DNA of 34,790 bases, taken from contig WJJG01000412.1 in the NCBI GenBank assembly GCA_014729815.1, positions 1 through 34,790 of the forward strand, in the 5' to 3' direction. Shown here one piece after another: positions 1 through 9,221 of the stretch. Source of the stretch: Candidatus Eiseniibacteriota bacterium (GTDB lineage: Bacteria > Eisenbacteria > RBG-16-71-46 > CAIMUX01 > WJJG01). Within the stretch, counting starts at the first letter, position 1; each line of letters opens with the position of its first letter. The position numbers and the translations under genes were made by a program. The notes under the pieces are model-generated. The model was not told where the DNA came from and searched no databases. It was given only the letters and a program-made list of their open reading frames with translations.

Positions 1-1
1 C

Positions 2-862
2 TGCGACCTGCTCTCGGAGGACGCCCTGCAGCGGCTGCGCAACAAGCTGGCGCTGCGCGATGCGGAGTTGGACCGGTGGCGCGCCATCACGCACCGCATG
101 TTCGTCCCCTTCCACAACGGGCAGATCATCAGCCAGTTCGAGGGCTACGAAGAACTGGAGGAGTTCGACTGGCAGGGGTACCGCCGGAAGTACGAGAACA
201 TTCAGCGCCTCGACCGGATTCTCGAGGCCGAGGGCGATACCCCCAACCGATATAAGCTCTCGAAACAGGCCGACGTCCTCATGCTGCTGTATCTGTTCTC
301 CGCCGACGAGCTGACCGAGTTGTTTGAGGGGCTCGGCTACGAGTTCTCACCCGAGGCCATTCCGCGCAACATCGACTACTATCTCGATCGTACCTCGCAC
401 GGCTCCACCCTCAGCTGGGTCGTGCACGCCTGGGTCCTGGCGCGGCGCGCCCGCGATCGTTCCTGGGCTCTCTTCGACCAGGCCCTGCGCAGCGACGTGG
501 CCGACATCCAGGGCGGCACGACACCCGAGGGAATCCACCTGGGCGCCATGGCCGGGGTCGTGGATCAGATTCAGCGCGGCTACACGGGGATCGTCACACG
601 CAACAACATCCTATGGTTCGAGCCCTGTCTGCCGGATGAGCTTTCCGAGCTGCGTCTACGTTTGCGCTACCGTGGCTACGCACTGGAGGTCACCGTGACC
701 CGCGAGATCCTGCGGATCCGCGCTTTGCGTACGCGCGGCCATCCGATCCGGATCGGATACCGCGACGAGGTGGTCGAGTTCACGGATCGGGAAGTGCGCG
801 AGTTCCGAATGCGCACCTCTCCCTCACCGGAACCGCCCGGGCTGCGAGAACTCCAAGGCTGA
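2..862 (+). CDS. Glycoside hydrolase family 65-type glycoside phosphorylase, C-terminal portion (5' end lies outside window); possibly trehalose/kojibiose/maltose phosphorylase-like
   Basis: Frame is open from nt 2 with no stop before 862; the track ORF 68..862 is its TTG-initiated subset. The C-terminal catalytic/beta-sandwich region looks GH65-like (PEGIHLGAMAG..., ILWFEPCLPDEL). Family call is from pattern memory, not alignment. Confidence 0.5.
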   Translation, partial: CDLLSEDALQRLRNKLALRDAELDRWRAITHRMFVPFHNGQIISQFEGYEELEEFDWQGYRRKYENIQRLDRILEAEGDTPNRYKLSKQADVLMLLYLFSADELTELFEGLGYEFSPEAIPRNIDYYLDRTSHGSTLSWVVHAWVLARRARDRSWALFDQALRSDVADIQGGTTPEGIHLGAMAGVVDQIQRGYTGIVTRNNILWFEPCLPDELSELRLRLRYRGYALEVTVTREILRIRALRTRGHPIRIGYRDEVVEFTDREVREFRMRTSPSPEPPGLRELQG

Positions 863-893
863 TGTCCGCGCTCACCGAAAGGAGGCCTTTCGC

Positions 894-1886
894 ATGTCAC
901 GTGTCGCCATCAACGGCATGGGTCGTATTGGGCGAGCGACCCTGAAGATCGTTCTCGAAGAACCACACCTCGAACTGGTGGCGGTCAACGATCTCCTGCC
1001 CGTGGACAGCATCGCCTATCTCCTGAAATACGACTCGGTCTACGGTCGCTATGCCAAACCGGTCGTCGCGCAGGAGGAGGAGCTCCGGATTGGGGACGAG
1101 CGGGTGCGAGTCCTCGGTGAGGAGGATCCCGCCCATCTGCCTTGGAAGGATCTGGATGTCGACCTCGTCTTCGAGTGCACGGGCGTCTTTCGACGCCGCC
1201 CGGGCATGGCCAAGCATCTGAGTGCTGGGGCGCGGCGCGTGATCCTCTCCGCGCCGGAGAAGAGCGGCGAGGTGCCGATGGTTGTTCACGGCGTCTCTCA
1301 GCCCGAAGGGGATCCGGAGATGATCTCCTGCGCTAGCTGCACTACCAACTGCATCGCCCCCGTCGCCGAGGTGCTGCAGCGCCGGGTGGGGATCCAGAAG
1401 GCGCTCATGACGACCATCCACGCCTACACCTCCAGCCAGACGATCGTCGACGGCCCGCGCCGCAAATGGCGTCGGGGACGCGCGGGAGCGATCAACTTCG
1501 TACCCACCTCCACCGGCGCCGCGAAGGCCACCACCCGGGTCCTACCGGAGCTCGCGGAGCGCTTCGACGGCGTGGCCGTGCGCGGGCCCACGCCCGTCGG
1601 CTCTCTGGCCGACATGGTCTTCCTCACCCGGCAACCCGTGAAGGAAGACGCCATCAACGAGATCTTCCGCGAGGAGGCCCAGAGCGAGCGCTACCGCGGC
1701 ATCCTCGGCGTGACCGACGACCCGATCGTCTCCAGCGACATCATTCAGGACGATCGGGCCTCGGTGGTCGATCTCACCCTGACACAGGTCGTCGATGGCG
1801 ATCTGCTGAAGCTCATGAGCTGGTACGACAACGAGTGGGGGTATAGCGCCCAGATGGTGCGCGAAGCCGTGCGCATGACACGCTGA
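894..1886 (+). CDS. gap: Glyceraldehyde-3-phosphate dehydrogenase, type I
   Basis: N-terminal Rossmann motif INGMGRIGR; catalytic SCTTNC motif; C-terminal WYDNEWGYS. AAGGAGG lies 7 nt upstream of ATG 894. 330 aa. Confidence 0.9.
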   Translation: MSRVAINGMGRIGRATLKIVLEEPHLELVAVNDLLPVDSIAYLLKYDSVYGRYAKPVVAQEEELRIGDERVRVLGEEDPAHLPWKDLDVDLVFECTGVFRRRPGMAKHLSAGARRVILSAPEKSGEVPMVVHGVSQPEGDPEMISCASCTTNCIAPVAEVLQRRVGIQKALMTTIHAYTSSQTIVDGPRRKWRRGRAGAINFVPTSTGAAKATTRVLPELAERFDGVAVRGPTPVGSLADMVFLTRQPVKEDAINEIFREEAQSERYRGILGVTDDPIVSSDIIQDDRASVVDLTLTQVVDGDLLKLMSWYDNEWGYSAQMVREAVRMTR

Positions 1887-1971
1887 CCTGGCGGGCGGCC
1901 GTGGCGCGCCGCGGGCTCCAGCAGATGCGCCCCAGCAGCAGGCGCGCACGGACCCGCATGCCTGCATCGAT

Positions 1972-2003
1972 GGAGGGGGAAGCCGTCCTTCGACTCCCCC
2001 CTC
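1972..2003. terminator. GC-rich imperfect hairpin (GGAGGGGGA / TCCCCCCTC) between convergent gap and BON-protein genes; possible bidirectional terminator
   Basis: Inverted repeat with one bulge and a ~14-nt loop. It lies 86 nt downstream of the gap stop and ~70 nt downstream of the minus-strand BON gene stop. No clear U-tract. Confidence 0.25.
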
Positions 2004-2074
2004 TCGCTTGCGCATCGGCGCGTGCAGGCTTCCGAGCCGGTTCGATCACCGCACCCTCCCCGACCGCACGGCAC

Positions 2075-3604
2075 CTAGTCGATCACCAGGTCGTTGTCGA
2101 CCCACACGGCCCCGCCTTCATAGGCGTTCTCCGTAGCGGCCAGGCGTTCGGCCCAGCTATCTACGGTGCCCGTCAGGGTCACAAAGCCGTCATCGACAGC
2201 AACCGCGATCTCCTCCTCGTTGACGTAGGGACTCCACCACAGCTCGCTCTCCACATCATCGCGAATCTCGGCATCCGACTCGAACGTGTAGAAGGGCGCG
2301 TAGTCGTACCAGTCCGCATCGTAGAAGTAGTAGTCGAACACATATGGATCGTAGACCAGGGCGTAGTCGGTCGCCTGGACGTCCAGATTGTTGTGGATGT
2401 CTTCCACACCGCGCGCGCGGGAGGCGATGTCCTGCGCCCGCCCCTTCTCGAAGTAGGTATCCACCGCGCCCGAGAGGTAGACATCCCTGTCGGCGACCGC
2501 GACCCCGATCTGGTAGCCCTCGACGTAGGGATCCCGCTGCAGGGCGCGGCGGATCGCACGCCCTACCTGGTCGTCGGTACGCTCCTCTGCGCGCACGCGC
2601 AGCCTATTCTCCACACCCAGGACACCAGTCGTGCGTCGCGCGACCTGTTCGGCCGCCTGCTTGGCCTTCACCGTAGCCACCTGCCCGCGCAGCCTCACCC
2701 AAGCACCCTCCACGTCCGGCTCGACATTGTACGACGCCACGCGCGGGTCGTAGAGCAGTGCGTCCTGCACCGCCGCCTCGATCTCGTCATCGGTCTTGAT
2801 GACCGTCGAGGGCCGACGTTGGGTTTCGTGCCGCAGCAGCGGGTTGACAGTCAGCTCCTCGGAATCGACCGCCGTCACACCCGCAACGCGCGCATCGAGG
2901 ATCGCCTCGCTCCGCTCCGCGGCGCTGCCCACGGTACCGCTCAGGGTCACTTCTCCGCCGTTTACGGCTACGTCGATGCGCTCCTCTTCCACCAGCACAT
3001 CCCACGCGAGGGCGCGCTCGATCTCCTCACGAATCTCCGCATCCGCCCGCGTGGTCTGGAAGTCGACGGCGATGCCGTTGGAGATCCCGGCAACGCCGCG
3101 CACGCCGGCCACGACGCGCTCGGCCAGCTCACGCTCACGCCACGAGTCGACGGTCCCGGAGAGCGTGGCGATGTTGTCGGCCACCGTAACGTCGATCTCC
3201 CAGGACTCGGTAGCCGGATCGAAGAGCAGCGCATCCTCGGCATCGCTCTCGATCTCCCAGTCCATGCGGCTCCAAGGCGGATCGACCTCGATCCGGTTGA
3301 CGACCGCGCGAACGCCCTTGATCGTCTCGGCGATGCGCCCGGCCCGGCGCTTGGCCAGCAGGTGGTGCACGCTGCCGGTGAGCGTCGCGATGCCGTCGTG
3401 GGTGCGCACGTCGATGTCGTTGAGAGGCACGGCCCGATCGAAGGCCAGTTCATCCTCCACGGCATCGGTGATCGACTGATCGGTCATCGTCGGCGTCGCC
3501 GCCGCCGCCGCCAGCGTCACCCCCATCATCGCTAGCAGTGCGCAGACACTGGCGCGCCTTGCTACTCGCCAAACTGTGCATCCGATTCCACGATCGGCTT
3601 CCAT
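2075..3604 (-). CDS. Secreted multi-BON-domain protein (OsmY-like; ~5 BON repeats), 509 aa
   Basis: Track ORF 2075..3778 trimmed to ATG 3604, which is preceded by AGAGGAGGAAATC. An N-terminal hydrophobic signal-like segment follows (ALLAMMGVTLAAAAA). There are repeated ~70-aa units of the BON pattern (I.V.V..G.VTLSG.V.S...R..A). Confidence 0.75.
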   Translation of the reverse strand: MEADRGIGCTVWRVARRASVCALLAMMGVTLAAAAATPTMTDQSITDAVEDELAFDRAVPLNDIDVRTHDGIATLTGSVHHLLAKRRAGRIAETIKGVRAVVNRIEVDPPWSRMDWEIESDAEDALLFDPATESWEIDVTVADNIATLSGTVDSWRERELAERVVAGVRGVAGISNGIAVDFQTTRADAEIREEIERALAWDVLVEEERIDVAVNGGEVTLSGTVGSAAERSEAILDARVAGVTAVDSEELTVNPLLRHETQRRPSTVIKTDDEIEAAVQDALLYDPRVASYNVEPDVEGAWVRLRGQVATVKAKQAAEQVARRTTGVLGVENRLRVRAEERTDDQVGRAIRRALQRDPYVEGYQIGVAVADRDVYLSGAVDTYFEKGRAQDIASRARGVEDIHNNLDVQATDYALVYDPYVFDYYFYDADWYDYAPFYTFESDAEIRDDVESELWWSPYVNEEEIAVAVDDGFVTLTGTVDSWAERLAATENAYEGGAVWVDNDLVID

Positions 3605-3992
3605 GATTTCCTCCTCTGATTGAGGCGGTCCCTCGCCGGATGTTTCGGCGACGGGCCGCGTAGGGTGGACTGCCTTCCCCTGCGCCGCGCAAGATAGCCC
3701 GCCTCCCAATGTCGCACCATGGGGCCGCCCTGGCGTCCGTAGGTGGACCCCTGCGCCATGCCCGCCTCCGGTCAACATCGGGCCGGCATGGGGGGGCGTC
3801 CCAGGCGGTGTTGCGGAATCACCTCAGGAGTCGAAGGGCCGCTGCCCGGTAGGGTGGTGTGACTACGCCTGCTAGCGTTCCGCTGCGCAGGCCACCGTCC
3901 CCGCTCCCGTCAGGCGTGGACCGAGCCGCCATGTGAGCGGGGCCGCGACGCCGTGCATCTTGGAGAGGCCCATCGAACCGCAAGGAGAGCAG

Positions 3993-4388
3993 ATGAGCGA
4001 ATACCACGAGCCGCTCGAGGCGCTCCCGGAAGGCGTCCGCGATGTTCACCGTGCCTTGCGCTCCCTGATCGAGGAGCTCGAAGCGGTGGACTGGTACCAT
4101 CAGCGCGCGGCCGCGACTGAGGACGCGGAACTGCAACGCATTGTCGAGCACAACCGTGATGAGGAGATCGAGCACGCCTGCATGGCCCTCGAATGGCTGC
4201 GGCGCAGAATGCCGGGCTGGGATGCGGAGCTACGAACCTATCTCTTCACCAGCGGCGACATCACCTCCGTCGAAGAGAGCGGCGGAGCCGGGGAGTCGGA
4301 TCCGCCGTCGGAACGGCAACAGGAGCCCGCGCGTCGATCCTCTGCCGGGGATCTCGGCCTGGGCAATCTGAGAGAGGAGGCGCGATGA
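3993..4388 (+). CDS. Encapsulated ferritin-like protein (EncFtn) cargo with C-terminal encapsulin-targeting peptide
   Basis: Core LIEELEAVDWYHQR...HNRDEEIEHACMALEWLRRRMP matches the EncFtn di-iron fold motif (E..H). The C-terminus [13 protein letters not shown] resembles family-1 cargo-loading peptides (D.GIGSL). AAGGAGAG lies upstream of ATG 3993. The stop TGA overlaps the shell-gene start (ATGATGA). Confidence 0.8.
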   Translation: MSEYHEPLEALPEGVRDVHRALRSLIEELEAVDWYHQRAAATEDAELQRIVEHNRDEEIEHACMALEWLRRRMPGWDAELRTYLFTSGDITSVEESGGAGESDPPSERQQEPARRSSAGDLGLGNLREEAR

Positions 4389-5185
4389 TGAATCTTCTGA
4401 AGCGAGCCCTGGCCCCCGTCTCGGACGCCGCCTGGGACGAGATCGACGAGGAGGCCCGCCGGGTCCTCGCGAGCAGCCTGACGGCGCGGCGCATCATGGA
4501 CGTCACGGGCCCCCACGGCCCCGCGTACGCCGCCGTCGGATTGGGCCGTATCACGACCTCCACGGAGGGGGCATCTGATCCTGTGGCGTACGGGATCCGT
4601 CGCGTGCTGCCGCTGATCGAGTTGCGGGCCAGCTTCGAGCTCGATCGCTGGGAGCTGGACAATGCCGAGCGCGGTGCCGCCGACATCGAGCTCGATCCAC
4701 TCACCGAGGCCGCACGGGAGCTCGCCCAGTTCGAAGAGCGTCTGGTCTATCACGGACTCCAGGAGGCCGGCATCGAGGGCCTTCGCGACGCTGCCGAGCA
4801 GGACCCGATTCCCCTCGGCACCGAGGGCGGCGACTATCCGAAGTCGATCGCCCGGGCGCTCGTATCGCTGCGCGAGGCGAGCATTGGTGGACCCTACGCA
4901 CTGGTCCTCGGATCGGAACCCTTTACCGCCCTCTCGGCCGCCTGCCAGGGCTGTCTTCCACGGCAGCAGATCGCACAGCTTCTCGAAGGGCCGGTGCTCC
5001 TGAGTCCGGTGATCGAAGGCGGATTCCTGCTCAGCACGCGTGGTGGGGACTTCGAGATCACGCTCGGGCAGGATGCCTCGATCGGCTGGCAGTCCCACGG
5101 GGAGGAGCGGATGAAGCTCTTCCTGATGGAGTCGCTGACCTTCCGCGTTCTCGAGCCGCGCGCCGTCGTCCCGCTCGAGGGCTAG
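4385..5185 (+). CDS. Family 1 encapsulin nanocompartment shell protein (HK97-fold, linocin M18-like)
   Basis: [21 protein letters not shown]..., [32 protein letters not shown] and [14 protein letters not shown] closely follow the conserved blocks of Thermotoga-type encapsulins. GAGAGGAGG lies 6 nt upstream. Track ORF 4193..5185 trimmed to ATG 4385. Confidence 0.85.
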   Translation: MMNLLKRALAPVSDAAWDEIDEEARRVLASSLTARRIMDVTGPHGPAYAAVGLGRITTSTEGASDPVAYGIRRVLPLIELRASFELDRWELDNAERGAADIELDPLTEAARELAQFEERLVYHGLQEAGIEGLRDAAEQDPIPLGTEGGDYPKSIARALVSLREASIGGPYALVLGSEPFTALSAACQGCLPRQQIAQLLEGPVLLSPVIEGGFLLSTRGGDFEITLGQDASIGWQSHGEERMKLFLMESLTFRVLEPRAVVPLEG

Positions 5186-5351
5186 TCGGAGGCGGCGCGC
5201 GCGGATCCGCGGGCCAATCGGCTGGTCCCGGAAGGCGGATCGCGGTGAGCCGACCGTGCCGGGAAGTCGGCGTGTGCCGGCTCGTCGTCTTGCCGCGTCG
5301 AGGCACCGGCCAGGCGCGCCGTTACATGCTCCCATCCAAGGAGGGGATCCG

Positions 5352-7430
5352 ATGCAGCAGTCCGCGCACTCGGACGCAGCCAAGCACTCGGACGAATCCG
5401 AGCGCGCCGATCGAAGCGATCCCCACGCCGACGACAAGCATCATCAAGACGACGAGCATCCCGCCCACCATGAACGGATGGCCGCCGACTTCCAGCGCCG
5501 CTTTTTCGCGTCCCTCCTGCTGACCCTCCCGATCGCCACGCTCTCCCCCATGCTCCAGTCCCTCTTCGGATTCGCGCCCCTGGCAGGGCTACCGGGGCAA
5601 CGCTACATCCTCTTCGCGCTCTCCGCGGCAGTCTACGTCTACGGCGGCTGGCCCTTTCTGACCGGCCTGATCGGTGAGCTGCGCGCCCGCCAGCCGGGCA
5701 TGATGACCCTCATCGGCTTGGCGGTCACTATAGCCTTCACCTACTCCTCCCTGGTCACCTTCGGACTCCGCGGCAAGGTCTTCTTCTGGGAGTTGGCCAG
5801 CCTGATCGATCTGATGCTCCTCGGCCACTGGATCGAGATGCGCTCGGTCATGGGCGCTTCCCGAGCCCTCGAGGAGCTGGCGGAGTTGCTTCCCAAGAAA
5901 GCCCATCGCCTGCGGGACGATGACGCCACCGAAGAGGTCCCGGTCTCCGAGTTGCGCTCGGGCGATCGAGTCCTGGTGCGGCCGGGAGAGAAGATCCCCG
6001 TCGACGGACAGATCCGCGAAGGCCACTCATCGATCAACGAGGCCGTGCTGACCGGCGAGTCGGAACCGGTCGAGAAGGCCGAGGGGGATCGAGTCATCGG
6101 TGGCGCGCTCAACGGGGAGGGCTCCTTGACCGTCGAGGTCACCGAGACCGGCGACGACTCGTTCCTGGGTCAGGTCATGGAACTCGTCGAGAAGGCGCAA
6201 CACAGCAAGTCTCGCTCGCAGAACCTCGCCGACCGCGCGGCACGCTGGTTGACGCTGATCGCGCTATCCGCCGGTGCGGTGACCTTGTCCGCCTGGCTGG
6301 CATTCTCGGCACGCGAGTTCATCTTTGCGCTCGAGCGCACGGTGACCGTCATGGTCATCACCTGCCCGCACGCCCTGGGACTCGCCGTGCCTCTGGTCGT
6401 CGCCGTCTCGACGGGCATCGCCGCGCGCCGCGGGCTCTACATCCGCAATCGACGAGCCTTCGAGGGCGCCTACCGCGCGAGCACGGTCGTCTTCGACAAG
6501 ACGGGCACCCTCACTCTGGGCCGCTTCGCAGTCGCAGACGTCGTGCCGCTCGATTCCGAGGCGCGGGCGGACGAGTTGTTACACCTGGCTGCCGCCGTCG
6601 AAGCGCATTCGGAGCATCCGATCGCTCGTGCGATCGTCGCCGCCGCCGAGGAGACCACGGATGTCAAGGGTGCGGCCTCGCAAAAGGCCACGGAGTTCGA
6701 GGCCATCCCGGGAAAGGGAGCCCGCGGACAGGTTGGAGATCGAGAGGTCATGCTCGTCAGCCCGAAGCATGCGCGCGAGAAGGAGATCTCCTTCGATGCG
6801 CAGCGCGTCGAAGAGCTGACCGAGCAAGGACGCACGGCCGTCCTGGTCCTGGCCGATCGCCGCGCAATCGGCGTCATCGCGCTCGCGGACCAGATCCGCC
6901 CCCAAGCCCGGGCGGCGCTGCAGGCGCTCCGGGAGTCCGGGCGGGATGTGATGATGGTCACAGGGGACTCCGAGCGTGTGGCGCGCGCCGTGGCGCGGGA
7001 GCTGGATCTGGACGGCTACTTCGCCGAGGTTCTGCCGGATGAGAAGGCCAAGAAGATCGAGGAGCTGCAGGGGCAGAAGCGCTTCATCGTCATGGTTGGC
7101 GACGGGGTCAACGACGCTCCCGCGCTGGCTCAGGCCGACCTGGGCGTCGCCATCGGCGCGGGCACCGACGTGGCCGTCGAGAGTGGGGATATCGTGCTGG
7201 TCAACAGCGATCCGGAAGATGTGGCAACCGCGTTGCGGCTCTCGGGCGCCACGCGCCGCAAGCTGGTGCAGAACCTCGTCTGGGCCACCGGCTACAATGT
7301 GTTCGCCATCCCTCTGGCCGCGGGGGTCCTCTTCTGGGCCGGGATCCTGCTCAGTCCCGCAGCCGGTGCCGTCTTGATGTCGCTCTCCACAGTGATCGTC
7401 GCGGTCAACGCCCGCTTTCTGAAGCTGTGA
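5352..7430 (+). CDS. copB: Heavy-metal P-type ATPase, P1B-3/CopB-like (CPH motif, His-rich N-terminus)
   Basis: DKTGT phosphorylation motif; TGES actuator motif; GDGVNDAP hinge. TM6 carries CPH rather than CPC. The N-terminus is His/Asp-rich ([35 protein letters not shown]) with no CxxC metal-binding domain. AAGGAGGGG lies 5 nt upstream of ATG 5352. Confidence 0.8.
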   Translation: MQQSAHSDAAKHSDESERADRSDPHADDKHHQDDEHPAHHERMAADFQRRFFASLLLTLPIATLSPMLQSLFGFAPLAGLPGQRYILFALSAAVYVYGGWPFLTGLIGELRARQPGMMTLIGLAVTIAFTYSSLVTFGLRGKVFFWELASLIDLMLLGHWIEMRSVMGASRALEELAELLPKKAHRLRDDDATEEVPVSELRSGDRVLVRPGEKIPVDGQIREGHSSINEAVLTGESEPVEKAEGDRVIGGALNGEGSLTVEVTETGDDSFLGQVMELVEKAQHSKSRSQNLADRAARWLTLIALSAGAVTLSAWLAFSAREFIFALERTVTVMVITCPHALGLAVPLVVAVSTGIAARRGLYIRNRRAFEGAYRASTVVFDKTGTLTLGRFAVADVVPLDSEARADELLHLAAAVEAHSEHPIARAIVAAAEETTDVKGAASQKATEFEAIPGKGARGQVGDREVMLVSPKHAREKEISFDAQRVEELTEQGRTAVLVLADRRAIGVIALADQIRPQARAALQALRESGRDVMMVTGDSERVARAVARELDLDGYFAEVLPDEKAKKIEELQGQKRFIVMVGDGVNDAPALAQADLGVAIGAGTDVAVESGDIVLVNSDPEDVATALRLSGATRRKLVQNLVWATGYNVFAIPLAAGVLFWAGILLSPAAGAVLMSLSTVIVAVNARFLKL

Positions 7431-7463
7431 AGCTACAAGCCAGACGGACGCCGCCCCCGCCGG

Positions 7464-7781
7464 TCAATCCCAGGGCTCCTCCTGGGGGCGAGCGCTGCCG
7501 CCCACAGAGAGCTTCAGTTCCTCGACGCCCCGCGGATCTCCTGCTAGATGATAGATCTGATCGCGCACGTGGACATCGGCCACGATCGCATGCCGCTCCT
7601 GGGTGATGGCTTCGTGGAACTCGAGCCGCACCTGTTCGGCGCCGATGTTTTCATCCTCGAGAGCTACGAGCGCCTCTTCGGTCACGGGCAGGCCATTGCC
7701 GTCGAGCACCTCGAAGCCGGCCAAGCGCGCCGTGGTTACCAGCTCGGTGAACTCCATCTGCATCTCCTCCTGCTCGTTCAT
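7464..7781 (-). CDS. Small acidic hypothetical protein (~95-105 aa)
   Basis: ORF 7464..7790 (GTG) has in-frame ATGs at 7781 and 7757. The 7757 ATG has GGAGGAG 6 nt upstream, so the true start is ambiguous. No recognisable motif. Divergent from apgM. Confidence 0.35.
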   Translation of the reverse strand: MNEQEEMQMEFTELVTTARLAGFEVLDGNGLPVTEEALVALEDENIGAEQVRLEFHEAITQERHAIVADVHVRDQIYHLAGDPRGVEELKLSVGGSARPQEEPWD

Positions 7782-8003
7782 CTCTCGCACAGACTATCGT
7801 GCGCCGCCCCGTCCACTACCATCGGGCGGGCACGAGGAAGACGTTCCGTTCAACCCCCTTTGCACCTCGTGGTTGATCCGAGATCGAAGCCGGTGATTCC
7901 CCGGTACCTTGCCGGCGGCCCCGGCGCCACCCTGCCGGGCGGATCCGCTCTCGAGCGGCTCGCTCCCAGCCTGAGCCCCTCTGGGCGCATACGATTTCGG
8001 GGG

Positions 8004-9221
8004 ATGCCGATGGATGCCCAGCACCAACTGCTCCAACGCCTGCAGAAGCCGAGCGACCGGAAGATCGTCCTGGTCGTCGCCGATGGCCTAGGGGGTCTGC
8101 CCCAGATCCCCGACGGGCCGACCGAGCTGGAGGCCGCGGCCACACCACACCTGGATCTGCTCGCCGCGGGCGGGGTTTGCGGGCTGCATTGGCCGGTCCT
8201 ACCGGGCATCACCGCCGGCAGCGGCCCCGGACACTTGGCGCTCTTCGGCTACGATCCTCTCGTCTATGAGATCGGTCGCGGTGTCCTCTCGGCGCTCGGA
8301 GTCGCCTTCGATCTCCACTCGGGCGACGTGGCTGCTCGCGGCAACTTCTGCACGCTGGACGATCGAGGCCGCGTGACCGACCGCCGGGCGGGACGGATCG
8401 CGACCGCCGAAGCGGCGCGCCTCGTCGAGAAGCTGCGGCGGATCGAGCTGCCCGATGCCCGGCTCTTTCTCGAGCCGGTGCGCGAGCACCGTTTCGTCCT
8501 GGTTCTGCGGGGCGAGCGGCTGGATCCCGGCGTCGGAGACACGGACCCGCAGCAGACCGGAATCGAGCCCCACGCTCCCAAGCCGCTGCGCTCCGACGCT
8601 CGGACAACGGCACGGCTCGTCGAGCGCTTTCTGGGGCAGGCGCATGAGCTGCTTTCCGAAGAGCGGCCCGCCAATGGCGTGCTGCTGCGCGGATTCTCCC
8701 AGCGCCCCGACTGGCCCACACTGGGCGAGCTGCACGGCGTACGCGCCTGCGCGCTGCCCACCTACCCGATGTACCGAGGTCTGGCTCGGCTGCTGGGCAT
8801 GGAGGTCGGGGTGGATTCGGATGCCGATCTCACCGGTCAGATCACCGCGCTGGAGGAGAACTGGGAGCGCTTCGACTTCTTCTTCCTGCATCACAAGGAG
8901 CCAGACAGCCGGGGCGAAGACGGCAACTTCGTCAGCAAGGTCTCGGCGATCGAGCGACTCGATGGTGCCATGCCGCGCATTCAGGCTCTTCAGCCCGACG
9001 TCCTGTTGGTCACGGGGGACCACAGCACACCCAGTCGCCTCCGGAGCCACAGCTGGCATCCGGTGCCGGTGCTTCTGGCCAGCCGCACCGCTCGTCCCGA
9101 CACCGCTCAGCGCTTCGGCGAGAGCGCCTGCCGCGCGGGTGGCCTGGGCCTGCTGCCGGGCAAGCAGCTCATGGCGCTGGCGCTGGCCCACGCCGAGCGA
9201 CTCGAGAAGTTCGGCGCCTAG
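8004..9221 (+). CDS. apgM: 2,3-bisphosphoglycerate-independent phosphoglycerate mutase, archaeal type (ApgM family)
   Basis: N-terminus KIVLVVADGLGG...ELEAAATPHLDLLAA; the C-terminal LLVTGDHSTP metal-binding motif is typical of the ApgM/alkaline-phosphatase superfamily mutase. Track ORF 7548..9221 trimmed to in-frame ATG 8004 (a second ATG is at 8010). Confidence 0.7.
   Translation: MPMDAQHQLLQRLQKPSDRKIVLVVADGLGGLPQIPDGPTELEAAATPHLDLLAAGGVCGLHWPVLPGITAGSGPGHLALFGYDPLVYEIGRGVLSALGVAFDLHSGDVAARGNFCTLDDRGRVTDRRAGRIATAEAARLVEKLRRIELPDARLFLEPVREHRFVLVLRGERLDPGVGDTDPQQTGIEPHAPKPLRSDARTTARLVERFLGQAHELLSEERPANGVLLRGFSQRPDWPTLGELHGVRACALPTYPMYRGLARLLGMEVGVDSDADLTGQITALEENWERFDFFFLHHKEPDSRGEDGNFVSKVSAIERLDGAMPRIQALQPDVLLVTGDHSTPSRLRSHSWHPVPVLLASRTARPDTAQRFGESACRAGGLGLLPGKQLMALALAHAERLEKFGA

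Noticed and set aside
2796-3479. Long antisense or alternative-frame ORFs overlapping real genes. Examples: 2796-3479 (a 227-aa Ser-rich ORF inside the BON gene), 1901-3535, 4238-5437, 8199-9191, 13161-13646, 15432-16409, 20214-21026, and many others in the track.
   Set aside because: At ~70% GC, stop codons are rare in all frames. These ORFs have low-complexity Arg/Pro/Ser/Ala-rich translations, no SD, and fully overlap well-supported genes on the other strand or frame.
4193-4384. N-terminal extensions of the track ORFs beyond the chosen starts: encapsulin (4193-4384), copB (5256), apgM (7548), BON2 (10502), S2P (18888), ligD-pol (26162), otsA (27901), TreT-like (30893), the repeat protein (31738), the RR (18906) and others.
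   Set aside because: In each case an internal in-frame ATG or GTG with a clear GGAGG-type SD marks where the conserved family sequence begins. The extensions overlap neighbouring genes and are low-complexity.
5200-5211. CGCGGATCCGCG palindrome 15 nt after the encapsulin stop, considered as a terminator.
   Set aside because: The stem is only about 5 bp with essentially no loop and no U-tract. A GC-rich palindrome like this is expected by chance in such sequence.
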